Assembly: GCA_051313645.2 (NCBI GenBank)
Contig: JBNRSN020000002.1
Coordinates: 390,848,001-390,912,000 of the forward strand
Length of the DNA stretch: 64,000 nucleotides
DNA from: Centroscyllium fabricii
Lineage: Eukaryota
Direction: 5' to 3'
Part shown: positions 1 to 10,728 of the stretch, in pieces
How the letters are laid out: each line of letters begins with the position of its first letter
Numbering within the stretch: the stretch's first letter is position 1
Notes under the pieces: generated by a model
What the model was told of the DNA's origin: nothing
Database searches by the model: none
What the model saw: the letters and a program-made list of their open reading frames with translations, nothing else
Position numbers and translations under genes: made by a program

Positions 1-157
1 ATTCAAGGGAAAGCTAGATAAAGTACATGTGGGAGAAAGGATATGTTGATAGGGTGAGATAAAGTGAGTTGGGAGGAGGCTTGTGTGGAGCATAAAGACC
101 GACATAGGCCATTTGGGTCAAGTGGCCTGTTTCTTTGCTGTAAAATTCTATGAAATT
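1..157 (+). mobile_element. CR1-type LINE 3' tail fragment
   Basis: Resembles the 3' UTR of other CR1 copies in the window (…tggcctgtttct…ctgtaaaattctatg tail). Confidence 0.55.
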
Positions 158-356
158 GGGAAGACTGATATAATATCCTCGGTAATCTATCTTTTTAACA
201 TTACTGTGTTGAGTTTCCCTCGAATATAGCACACTACAGCCTTACAATTCTTTAAGTTGCCATAAAAATCAATACCCAATGCGCAGTAGACACTTCAGGC
301 AGATCTAAGCAAATAAAGTACAGGTTTGGCTCAGAGGAAACCTGAGGACCTCAGAG

Positions 357-1591
357 GACCTCATTACAGCCTTGGTCTAAACATGGACAAAAGAGCTGAA
401 CTCAAGAGGTGAGGTGAGAGTGACTGCCCTTGACATCAAGGCAGCATTTGATCGAGTGTGGCATCAAGGAGCCCTAGCAAAGCTGAAGTCAATGGGAATC
501 AAGGGGAAAACTCTCCATTGGTTGGAATCATACCTGGCACAAAGGAAGTTGGCTGTGGTTGTTGGAGGTCATTCATCTCAACCACAGGACATCACTGCAG
601 GAGTTCCTCAGGGCAGTGTCCTAGGCCCAACCATCTTCAGCTGTTTCATCAATGACCTTCCCGCCATCATAAGGTCAGATGTGGGGATGTTCGCTGATGA
701 TTGCACACTATTCAGCACCATTCGAGACTCGTCAGATACTGACGCAGTCCATGTCCATATGCAGCAAGACCTGGACAACATTCAGACTTGGGCTGACAAG
801 TGGCAAGTAACATTCGCACCACACAAGTGCCAGGCAATGACCATCTCCAACAAGCGAGACTCTAACCATCTCCCCTTGACATTCAATGGCATTATCATCG
901 CTGAATCCCCCACTATCAACATCCTGGGGGTTACCATTGATCGGAAACTGAACTGGACCAGCCATATAAATACTGTGGCTACAAGAGCAGGCCAGAGGCT
1001 GGGAATTCTGTGGCGAGTGTCTCACCTCCTGACTCCCCAAAGCCTTTCCACCATCTACAAGGCACAAGTCAGGAGTGTGATGGAATACTCTCCACTTGCC
1101 TGGATGAGTGCAGCTCCAACAACACTCAAGAAGCTCGACACTATTCAGGATAAAGCAAGCCGCTTGATTGGCACTCCATCTACCACCTTCAACATTCACT
1201 CCCTCTACCACTGGCGCACTGTGGCTGCAGTGTGTACCATCTACAAGATGCACTTCAGCAACTTGCCAATGCTCCTTTAACAGCACCTTCCAAACCCGCG
1301 ACCTCTACCACTTAGAAGGACAAGGGCAGCAGACACATGGGAACAGCACCACCTACAAGTTCCCCTCCAAGCCACACACCATCCTGACTTGGACCTGTAT
1401 CACTGCTCCTTCACTGTCGCTGGGCCAAAATTCTCGAATTCCCTTCCTAACAACATTGTGGGTGGACCTACACCACATGGACTGCAGTGGTTCAAGAAGG
1501 CGGCTCACCACCATCTTTAGGGCAATTAGGGATGAGCACTAAATGCAGGCCTAGCCAGCCAGCGACGCCCACATCCCATCAATGGATAAAA
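357..1591 (+). mobile_element. 5'-truncated CR1/L2-group LINE (family A), RT domain plus 3' UTR
   Basis: ORF 414-1280 has non-LTR RT motifs LDIKAAFDRVWH, GVPQGSVLGP and FADD. The 3' end (cagcgacgcccacatcccat…ataaaaa) is shared with copies at 14018-14580 and 51033-51466. Confidence 0.85.
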
Positions 1592-1950
1592 AGGAAATAA
1601 TAAACCTTTCTCCTCCTTATTTCAATTATTTTGCTCCTCAGAGAGTGCTGATTCCAGGCTTCTGAAAATGCTCTGCTATTACCACTCCATACAAGGTGTG
1701 AGAAAATGGTTTGAGGTGACATTTTGGCCATCTCTCCGGGGAAGTGCCTGGATTCTGCTCTGTACCTCCCAGACAATCTCATTAACTGAAATATGGCTGC
1801 TCGCTTCAGGGAGAATTGCAGAACAAGTGCACGGTGTAAGAGGTTAATTATTTGGCCTGAACTGAACAAATGGATCAATGGATGACAATTTAATGAGTAC
1901 ACAATGAGCCAAATCAGTGATCTTAAAGTACTTTACTTTACTGAGTTATA

Positions 1951-2762
1951 GGAGAGAATTTTCCCAGCCCTGGGGAAGCAGATATGGAGGTGGGACTGCC
2001 GGGACAATGGCAGAAACCGGGAGCGGGTACTGAACCCACTTCCAACCCATGGCATCTTCCTTGGAGGCTGGTCCCCGACTCGCTCAGAGACCGATCTCCT
2101 GGAGGCGGTAGGGGATTAGAGCCTATTAACTACCTGTTAACAGGTAATTTACAGGCAGTTTTGAGGCTTATCCCCATTTTACCCCTGCAAGTGTGGGCTT
2201 CCCAATGAATGCAAACCTCGCCAGGGTCAGCGAGGCGAGCAGTGGGTCTGCAGGGTTGAGAGGGATCGAAAAGTCCGCTGTAGAGGTGAGTGATTGGTGC
2301 AAGTGTGGAGAAGTATGAGAGGTGCTGGAAAAAGTTTGCTTACCTTTGTTTCTTTCTGCAGGCTTCAACGCTTGGGAATCCGGAGGTGCCTCATCTCAAT
2401 GGCAGAGATGACAGAATGGCTGCTGCATTCTCAGATACAGCAGCCATCTGATTTCTGCTGAGCAAAGAGGTTTTGGTGAGCCTTCAGTGCAAGGGCTCAC
2501 TTTAGCACAGAGATTGTCAGTGTTTGATAGCTTCTCAAAACTGTCATGCTGAGAATTCATCTGTCAGAAATGTTTCGACAGATGAAACGTCATACGCTGA
2601 CGTCTTCCATCACCGGCTTTCGCTTAATTGGCCTGCTAAACCCGCTGGGTGGACTTAACCAGGTCAATCAAGGGAAAATAGCGTGGGTTGGCCAGACGTC
2701 ATTGGGGGTGGGACTGAAACCCAAAAACTAGCAGTCCTGCCCCCATTGACAAAATCCAACCC
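1951..2762. mobile_element. Probable PIF/Harbinger-type non-autonomous element
   Basis: Degenerate termini ggagagaatttt…aaaatccaaccc resemble other Harbinger-like ends in the window. No coding capacity. Confidence 0.4.
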
Positions 2763-3554
2763 ATAGTAACTGAATTAATAGGGTATTTGAACAATTTTTA
2801 ACAAAACAAATGAAGCTGTAGCAATTACAGAAATGCAAATGAGAAACAATATTAGTTATAAATGGCCAATAAAAGAAGCTGAGTGATAAATTTAAAATTG
2901 AAGGTGACGGCTCCGTTCAGTAAAAAGGCATAGTAGAATATTACCACCTTGTTTGTGTTGCACACAGGTTTCTACAAAATTGAAGAGAAACACATAACAT
3001 TTAATTTTGTATAGAAGTCTCTTAGCGAATTAGAAATCAACAGGATGACATGTATGCACCTATTTGTAAATTAGATTGAAACTAAGCCTTATCGGTAAGT
3101 TAATGATTTTAATTGCTTCTCTTCTGGTCAGAGGACTTTGTTGACTTATTCGAAGCCATTTGAGTTGTTATGTCATTTATTATCCCCATTTAAAAAAATA
3201 TATAAACTAACATCTCAATTACTGAGGCTGAATTAGATACATTTATTTTAGACAATCTATATTATCTTAATTTGTCATTCCTTTCAAAATGAAGATAGAC
3301 AAAAATATGTATGGCATAAGAAAAGCCCAAGGATTGTCAAAGAAAAATAAACCACACACTACACTCCTGTTTTAACTAAAAGGGCTTTGTGAAAAAATAT
3401 TCCTACAAATGACTGTTTGGGGGGGGGGTTCTTTCTGTTATTTTGTCATGCAGAAAGCTGACAGAGTTTGTAAAATAAAGACTTTTTTATTCAAAATGTA
3501 CATGTTTGGTGTTACCCATCATTGATGCCTTGACCAGTTTAAAGGTAGCGGGTT

Positions 3555-4482
3555 GATGACACAAAGCTGGGAGGGGGTGTGTACTGCGAGGAGGATACCA
3601 GGAAGCTCCAGGATGATTTGGACAGGTTGGGCGAGTGGGCTGAGATGTGGCAGATGCAGTATAATGTGGATAAATGCGAGGTTATCCACTTTGGGGGAAA
3701 AAACAAATGCCGACTATTATCTGAATGGCAATAGATTGGGAGAAGGGGAAGTACAATGAGACCTGGGTGTCCTTGTGCACCAGTCACTGAAGGTAAGCAT
3801 GCAGGTGCAGCAGGCGTTTCAGAAGGCAAATGGTATGTTGGCCTTCATAGCGAAAGGGTTCGAGTACAGGAACAGGGAGGTCTTGCTGCAGTTGTACAGG
3901 GCCTTGGTGAGACCACACCTTGAGTACTGTGTGCAATTTTGGTCTCCTTATCTAAGGAAGGACATTCTTGCCATGGAGGGAGTGCAGAGAAGATTCACCA
4001 GGCTGATACCTGGGATGGCAGGAATGACGTATGAGGAGAGACTGGGTAGACTGGGTTTGTACTCTCTGGAGTTTAGAAGATTGAGAGGGGATCTCATCGA
4101 AACGTATAAAATTCTAACTGATTTGGACAAACTTGATGCAGGAAGAATGTTCCCGATGATCGGAGAGTCCAGAACCAGGGGTCATAGTCTAAGCATAAGG
4201 GGTAACTCATTTAGGACAGAGATGAGGAGGAATTTCTTCACCCAGAGAGTGGTGAACCTGTGGAATTCTTTGCCATAGAGGGCGGTGGAGGCTAGTTCAT
4301 TGAATATATTCAAGAAGGAGCTGGATATATTTCTTAAGGCTAGAGGGATCAAGGTATATGGGGAGAAGGCAGGGACAGGGTACTGAGTTTGGATGATCAG
4401 CCATGATCTCATTAAATGGCGGAGCAGGCTCGATGGGCTGAATGGCCTACTCCTGCTCCTATCTTCTATGTTTCTATGTTTC
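3555..4482 (+). mobile_element. CR1 LINE 3' fragment (family B)
   Basis: ORF 3775-4278 has LYRALVRPHLEYCVQFWSP and RRLRGDLIETYKI. It ends in a (ttctatgt)n tail. Confidence 0.9.
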
Positions 4483-4484
4483 AT

Positions 4485-6173
4485 TCAGGTTCTTCTCGAT
4501 GGCAGAGGTCTTTTCATCACCAGGGGCCTAGAAGCGGCTTGCTATGAGCCTTTGACGGACAACCCTTCCACTTTCCACATCCCTCCCGCCTTGGTGCTGC
4601 TGCTGATGATCCTCCCCCTCCTCATCCTCCTCCTCCTCTTCCTCCTCCTCTGGTGGTGCTGCAATGCCTGGTGGCATTGGCTGGGTCCTGAGGATTGCAA
4701 TGTTATGCAGCATGCAGCACACAACCACAAAGTGGGAGACTCACGCAGGCAAGTACTGGAGGGATCATCCAGAATGCTTCTGCTGTCTGGACCATTGTTT
4801 CAGCACGCCGATTGTGTGCTCAGTTATGTTCCTAGTAGCCTGATGGCTCTCATTATATCGCAGCTCAGCAGGGGTGTTGGGCGTACGGAGCGGTGTCATC
4901 AGCCGGGGCTCAGAGGATATCCCTTGTCCCCGAGAAGCCATCCACCTGGGTGATTCGGTGCCTAGAAGCGGTCTGCCACAGAAGTCTGGCGCAGTATGAA
5001 GGCATCGTGGCTGCTGCCTGGATAGTGGGCATTGACAGCGAGTATCAGCTGTCTGTGGTCACACACCAACTGGACATTTAGGGAATGGAAGCCCTTTCTT
5101 TTGCGGTAATCCTCGGCATTCTCATGCGGCGCCCACAAAGCCACATGCGTGCAGTGAATGGCACCCTGGTCCATGGGGAAGCCCACTATCCTGGCTAAGC
5201 CCACTTCATGTTCTTGCTGCTTGTCCGGGGTCATGGGGAACGACATATACTGTCCTCTCCTTTTAAATAGGGCTTCTGTCACCTGACGGATGCAGCAATG
5301 CACCGCAAACTGGGAGATGTTAGCTATGTCCCCGGTAGCTGCTTGAAATGAGCCGGTGGCATAGAAGTTCAGAGCCACAGTTAGTTTCACTGCCACTGAC
5401 AGAGATGTCCTGGTCCTCAGTTGAGGCTGGAGGTCTGATTGAAGCAGGTGGCACAGCTCAGTGACCACCTCCTTCCTGAAGCGCAGCCTGCGCAAACACT
5501 CCTCAGAATTGCTGGCCAAAAACCCTGGGATGGTAAGGCCTCCTGCGCAGACGCCTGTTGGTCCTCCTCCGCCTGGCCATGATTGCTGCTCTCTGTTGGC
5601 GTCTCTGTGCCCTGTGAATGTGATACACCAGGACACCGCCCCCATCCAGTGCAGCTCCCATAGTCTCGAAGGAAGCCAAGTACAGAAGGCCACAAACCAA
5701 CAGTACCTGGAAAGTTATGAGCAGAGGCCCAAAGTGCCTCAGAAAGCAAAGAAGTCTCTCTTACTCTCTCTTTGTCTCTCTCCAAATCTTTCTCTCTCTC
5801 TCTCCGGCCGGGTGGTCCAAAAATGCCTACCACACCAAATCCTGGAAGAGGCCCCCTTTAAATCGCACCGCTCTGGCCCCACAGCGATTGGGATGCGTTC
5901 CAGTCTACCTGTCGTTGGTAGCACTGGGCAGAAAGGAGGGAGGTGCCACTCAATTTCTGGTCCGGGGTTCTCCAAGGGCATTGCATGTTGGAATGACATC
6001 AAGATCTGCACACGCAGGAGATTGCGCGATAATGTTTTGCGCCGCTGCCGAGCGCCTAGCCAATTTCCTGAGCGGCGCTAAACTCGCTGCGCCTGGGCGC
6101 TAGTTTGTTTGCGCCCCTATTCGCCCCCTCCTAGGACGCTAACGGGTGGCGCAAACAACTGAATTTTTCTCCC
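4485..6173 (-). mobile_element. PIF/Harbinger DNA transposon, truncated, one TIR retained
   Basis: The TIR/subterminal region at 6080-6173 (minus strand GGGAGAAAAATTCAGTTG…TTAGCGTCC) resembles the MITE at 50865. It contains a transposase pseudogene. The left part ends at the CR1 tail. Confidence 0.8.
4528..5700 (-). pseudogene. HARBI1-like Harbinger DDE transposase, disrupted
   Basis: ORF 4962-5693 has RLRFRKE, ALNFYATGSFQ, GAIHCTH (normally DCTH), RKGFHSLNVQLVCD and YPGSSHDAFIL. ORF 4528-4728 has CCMLHNIA plus an acidic tail. Stops and frameshifts are present. Confidence 0.85.
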
Positions 6174-6296
6174 ATAGAGTTATACAGCACAGAAAGAGGC
6201 CCTTCGACCCATCGTGTCTGCACCGGCCATCAAGCCCTGTCTATTCTAATCCCATTTTCTAGTACTTGGTCCGTAGCCTTTTATGCTACACTATAG
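6174..6296 (-). mobile_element. 3' tail of the long CR1 LINE split by Gypsy-1
   Basis: CR1-type tail (gaggcccttcgacccatc…) that continues at 10729 once the LTR element and one ATAG TSD are removed. Confidence 0.75.
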
Positions 6297-6534
6297 TGTG
6301 GCGGCACACCAAGACTGGCGAAGCCGCCTCGGGAGTCTGCGGGGCATAGCCCCGCCCACCGGGTGACGCGATGACGTCACCACGTCTCTCGGCGTGATGA
6401 GGTCACTAAAGCGGGCTGTTTAAATAAGCCTGCTCCTCATGGTTCAGTCTCTTTCTTGTACAGTAATGTAATTAAACGAGTGTTTTCTGTCTCTCTGGCT
6501 CTTGCGTGGTTCTTGGGTCCTGCAATCACTACAG

Positions 6535-6547
6535 TGGTGACCCCGAC
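6535..6547 (+). promoter_or_regulatory. Primer-binding site, tRNA-Trp type
   Basis: TGGTGACCCCGAC lies 1 nt after the 5' LTR and matches the known Trp PBS TGGTGACCCCGACGTGAT over 13 nt. Confidence 0.85.
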
Positions 6548-6623
6548 TTGGAACGACTTCCAAGGAAAAACAGCAGCTACAGGACTAAAAATCAAGCAGC
6601 CTCAGAACACTTTAAAAGGCAAC

Positions 6624-9600
6624 ATGTCTTCAAGGAACCAAGCTTCTCGAACACAAGGACTTGGCCAGAACTTCGGGCACAGACTTACCCTACCGGAGTT
6701 CTGGGAGCAACACCTGGCGGCCTGGTTTATGTGCATAGAAACCAGCTGCCGCACACATGGCATCCAGGGGGACGACCGCTACGACCTGGTCTTTTCGGCC
6801 CTACCGCAATCGACGATCGATCGGATGTGGTCGAAGCTACAGCGCGTGCCCGCAGCAGGCAGGTATGAGTTCCTCAAGGCCGCGCTTCTTAAAAAATTCA
6901 CCCCCTCCCAATTCGAGCGCGACTGCCAGCTCCTTAACCTCCCCGAACTCGGGGACGCAGACCCATCGGACTTTTGGGGACAAATGCAAGCGCTCACCGC
7001 CGATCCCGCCTCCCTGTTCCGCACCATATTCCTCCTCAAACTACCCCGCTCCATCAGACCGGCCCTGGCGGCCCTCTGCCACCGGAGCGGGGACGAGCTA
7101 GCCGAGGAAGCCGACAGGCTCATGGCGGCCGAGCGCACCCGCTCCACCACGTGCGACCTTAATGCCGCAGCTATCGAGCACAACCACTCGCCCCCCAGGT
7201 CCAACCCAACGCCTGAACCCAGGCCCCCGCGCCCTCCCAGGCAACCGCGTCCACCTAGCACCGGCTGGTGCTACTACCACACGCGGTTCGACTCTAAAGC
7301 GCACCGCTGCGTACAGCCCTGCACATTTAAGCCACGGCCCGGCCCAGCCCCCACTATGTCTGTAGGACACACCGGAGCACTGCTCTACCTCACAGACAGC
7401 GGCACAGGCCTCCGGTTCCTCTGCGACACAGGCGCGCAGCACAGCATCGTGCCAGCCTCCCCAGCAGAAGCCAAAAAAGGCACCCGGGGCCCGCCACTCG
7501 CGGCCAACGGCTCTGATATTAAGACGTACGGCACCCGCAAGCTCACAATCAAGCTTGCCGGCCACACGTATCACTGGGACTTTGTCACGGCCCAGGTCAC
7601 TTCACCCCTCCTCGGGGCAGATTTCCTCTGCGCCCACGGCCTCCTGATCGACATGACCCGTCGTCGCCTGGTTGACATTCACAACATGTCGACCATCCCA
7701 TACTCCACAGGGTCCGCACTCCTGGCCCACGCGGCGGCACAATGCCGCGCCCGGAACTCTGACGCATACGGCACGCTCCTCGCAGAGTTCCCAACCCTTA
7801 CCAACCCCACCTTCACCGCCCGCACGGCCAAACACGGGGTGGAACATTTTATCACCACCTCCGGCCCTCCCGTGCATGCCCACGCCCGCAGGCTGGACCC
7901 GGCCAAGCTGGAGATTGCGCGCACCGAGTTCCGCCCCATGGAGCAACTCGGCATAATCGGCCGCTCCAACAGCCCCTGGGCCTCTCCCCTCCACATCGCC
8001 CCCAAGCCGGGCGGAGGCTGGCGCCCCTGCGGCGACTACCGCCGCCTCAACAATGCCACCACCCCGGATAGGTACCCCGTACCCCACATCCAGGATTTCT
8101 CCGCCAGGCTAGCAGGCTGCACGATCTTCTCTAAGATCGACCTGGTGCGTGGCTACCACCAGGTCCCGGTGCACCCGGTGGATGTCCCCAAGACAGCCGT
8201 CATTACCCCCTTCGGCCTCTTCGAGTTCCTTGGGATGCCCTTTGGACTCAAAAACACGGCCCAGGCCTTTCAGCGCCTAATGGACTCGGTCCTACGGGAC
8301 TTGCAGTTCATTTTCGTCTACTTGGACGACATCCTCGTGGCCAGCACCTCCCCCCAGGAGCACCTCCTGCACCTCAGGACCCTGTTCCAGCGCCTGACCG
8401 AACACGGCCTCATATTAAGCCCCTCTAAATGTAAATTCGGCCTCGAGACCATAGACTTCCTCGGCCACCGCATTTCCAAAACCGGGGCCATACCCCTGTC
8501 CTCCAAGGTGCAGGCAGTTCAGGAATTCCCCCGCCTGCACTCCATTAAGGGGCTGCAGGAATTCCTCGGGATGGTTAATTTCTATAACCGCTTCATCCCA
8601 GGAGCAGCCGCTCTCATGGCCCCCCTATACCAGGCCACACGCGGGCAGTCCGGCAAAACTGCGGTCGAGTGGACGGCCGACGCCGCCACCGCCTTCACCG
8701 CAACCAAAACCGCTCTAGCCAACGCCACCCTCCTAGCCCACCCCAGGCCCAACGCCAGAGTGGCCCTCACCACCGACGCCTCCGACCACGCTGTCGGGGC
8801 CATTTTTGAACAGTGGACCGGCAACTCTTGGCAGCCCCTGGCCTTTTTCAGCCGACAACTCCGGCCCCCAGAGGTTAAGTACAGCACCTTCGACAGGGAG
8901 CTCCTCGCCCTCTACCTCGCAGTGCGCCATTTTCGCTTCCTCCTGGAGGGCCGTCCCTTCACAGCGTTCGTCGATCACAAGCCGCTCATTTTTGCAATGG
9001 CTAAGATCGCCGAACCCTGGTCGGCCAGGCAGCAGCGCCAACTCGCAGCCGTGTCGGAGTTCACTACCGACATCCAACATATCTCCGGCCGCGACAACGT
9101 GGTTGCTGACTGCCAGTCACGTCCCGCAATTAACGCCGCCCAAATGGCAGTCGATTACGCCAAGCTGGCAGCAGACCAGCTGGCCGTCCCAGACCTGCTC
9201 GACCCAGCAGGAAACCTCCCTGGCCTACGCTTGGCCAAAATCCCACATGGCCCCGCGGCCACCGTAGTCTGCTGCGACGTTTCTTTACCGCAGCCCAGAC
9301 CTGTCGTCCCCCACGCATGGAGGCGACACATTTTCGAGACCCTCCATGGCCTGTCCCACCCCGGCACCCGCGCTTCCATCAAACTAATTTCGGCCCGTTT
9401 CGTGTGGCGCGGCCTGCGCAAAGACGTCCGCGCCTGGACCAATTCCTGCATTGCCTGCCAGCGCGCCAAGGTGCACAAGCACATCAGGGCACCACTGGAA
9501 ACTTTCACCGTGCCGGCCAGACGCTTCGACCACGTCCATGTCGATCTCGTCGGACCACTACCGCCATCCCGGGGCCACACACACGTCATGACCATGGTCG

Positions 9601-9818
9601 ACCGCAACACTCGCTGGCCAGAAGCAGTCCCCCTCGTTGCTACCAGCACCACGGACTTGGCCAGGGCGTTCATCGCCACCTGGGTCGCCCGTTTCGGCGT
9701 GCCCACCGACATCACATCGGACAAAGGTCCCCAATTTACGTCGGCACTATGGGCGGCCATCGCCCGCGACCTCGGGGTAACCCTACATCGAATCACCGCA
9801 TACCACCCACAATCTTAA
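6624..9818 (+). CDS. Gypsy-1 Gag-Pol polyprotein (Gag-PR-RT-RNaseH-IN), frameshifted in the integrase
   Basis: Motifs: WCYYH-RF-KAHRC knuckle, protease LCDTGA, RT YLDD, RNase H TDAS…DRELLA, integrase H-H-C-C and VHVDLVGP…TSDKGPQF. The C-terminus continues in 9847-10450 (GPY motif) after frameshifts. Confidence 0.9.
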   Translation: MSSRNQASRTQGLGQNFGHRLTLPEFWEQHLAAWFMCIETSCRTHGIQGDDRYDLVFSALPQSTIDRMWSKLQRVPAAGRYEFLKAALLKKFTPSQFERDCQLLNLPELGDADPSDFWGQMQALTADPASLFRTIFLLKLPRSIRPALAALCHRSGDELAEEADRLMAAERTRSTTCDLNAAAIEHNHSPPRSNPTPEPRPPRPPRQPRPPSTGWCYYHTRFDSKAHRCVQPCTFKPRPGPAPTMSVGHTGALLYLTDSGTGLRFLCDTGAQHSIVPASPAEAKKGTRGPPLAANGSDIKTYGTRKLTIKLAGHTYHWDFVTAQVTSPLLGADFLCAHGLLIDMTRRRLVDIHNMSTIPYSTGSALLAHAAAQCRARNSDAYGTLLAEFPTLTNPTFTARTAKHGVEHFITTSGPPVHAHARRLDPAKLEIARTEFRPMEQLGIIGRSNSPWASPLHIAPKPGGGWRPCGDYRRLNNATTPDRYPVPHIQDFSARLAGCTIFSKIDLVRGYHQVPVHPVDVPKTAVITPFGLFEFLGMPFGLKNTAQAFQRLMDSVLRDLQFIFVYLDDILVASTSPQEHLLHLRTLFQRLTEHGLILSPSKCKFGLETIDFLGHRISKTGAIPLSSKVQAVQEFPRLHSIKGLQEFLGMVNFYNRFIPGAAALMAPLYQATRGQSGKTAVEWTADAATAFTATKTALANATLLAHPRPNARVALTTDASDHAVGAIFEQWTGNSWQPLAFFSRQLRPPEVKYSTFDRELLALYLAVRHFRFLLEGRPFTAFVDHKPLIFAMAKIAEPWSARQQRQLAAVSEFTTDIQHISGRDNVVADCQSRPAINAAQMAVDYAKLAADQLAVPDLLDPAGNLPGLRLAKIPHGPAATVVCCDVSLPQPRPVVPHAWRRHIFETLHGLSHPGTRASIKLISARFVWRGLRKDVRAWTNSCIACQRAKVHKHIRAPLETFTVPARRFDHVHVDLVGPLPPSRGHTHVMTMVDRNTRWPEAVPLVATSTTDLARAFIATWVARFGVPTDITSDKGPQFTSALWAAIARDLGVTLHRITAYHPQS

Positions 9819-10728
9819 CGGGCTCTGCGAACGGTTCCACCGCTCCATGAAAGCATCCCTGCGGGCCAGCCTCAAAGACGCATCATGGACCGACCGTCTT
9901 CCGTGGGTACTGCTCGGGCTGCGCTCGGCAGCCAAAGAAGATCGACACGCCTCAGCAGCAGAACTCGTCTATGGCCAAACTTTAACAGTGCCGGGCGAGT
10001 TCCTCGCCGAACCAAACGCTCCCTGGTCGGCCGACCAACCAGTTCCTAAAGGACTTCGGCAACCCGGCACGAGCGTTCAAACCCGTACCGGTGGCCCGGC
10101 ACGGAGAGCCGGCAGCACGTGTACCGGACGGCATCAAAAACGCCAAGTACGTGTTTGTCCGGCATGATGCCCATCGCTCGCCACTACAGCCAACTTACGA
10201 CGGCCCATACAGAGTGCTTCGGGCGGGACCAAAAGCTTTTCAGTTACAGCTGGGCAACCAGACAGAAACTGTCTCTATAGACCGGCTAAAACCGGCACAC
10301 GTTATAGCGGGCGACGCAACAGTCCCCGCCCAACCACCTCAACGCGGACGCCCTCCCGCACCAACACCCGCCCACACTCCACCGCAGAACAAGGAGCAAC
10401 GCACGACACGTGCCGGACGCATCTTACGGCCACTACAACGCCTCACATAGACTCTTTCTCCTCTCGAACGGATTCTGGGGGGAGCTGTGTGGCGGCACAC
10501 CAAGACTGGCGAATCCGCCTCGGGAGTCTGCGGGGCATAGCCCCGCCCACCGGGTGACGCAATGACGTCACCACGTCTCTCGGCGTGATGAGGTCACTAA
10601 AGCGGGCTGTTTAAATAAGCCTGCTCCTCGTGGTTCAGTCTCTTTCTTGTACAGTAATGTAATTAAACGAGTGTTTTCTGTCTCTCTGGCTCTTGTGTGG
10701 TACTTGGGTCCTGCAAGCGCTACAATAG

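Larger units (their letters stand above)
6297..10724 (+). mobile_element. Gypsy-1: full-length Ty3/Gypsy LTR retrotransposon
   Basis: 237-bp LTRs at 6297-6533 and 10488-10724 (TG…CA, about 7 differences). TSD ATAG at 6293-6296 and 10725-10728. PBS at 6535 and G-rich PPT at about 10477-10485. Confidence 0.95.

Noticed and set aside
4393-4953. 186-aa ORF with a Leu-rich transmembrane-like stretch
   Set aside because: It is the antisense reading of the Glu-rich Harbinger transposase tail fused to a CR1 3' UTR.
6456-6623. N-terminal extension of the 1120-aa ORF that looks like a signal peptide
   Set aside because: It starts at a TTG inside the 5' LTR and runs through the PBS, and the same peptide recurs at 10647 in the 3' LTR. 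The real Gag start is likely ATG 6624.
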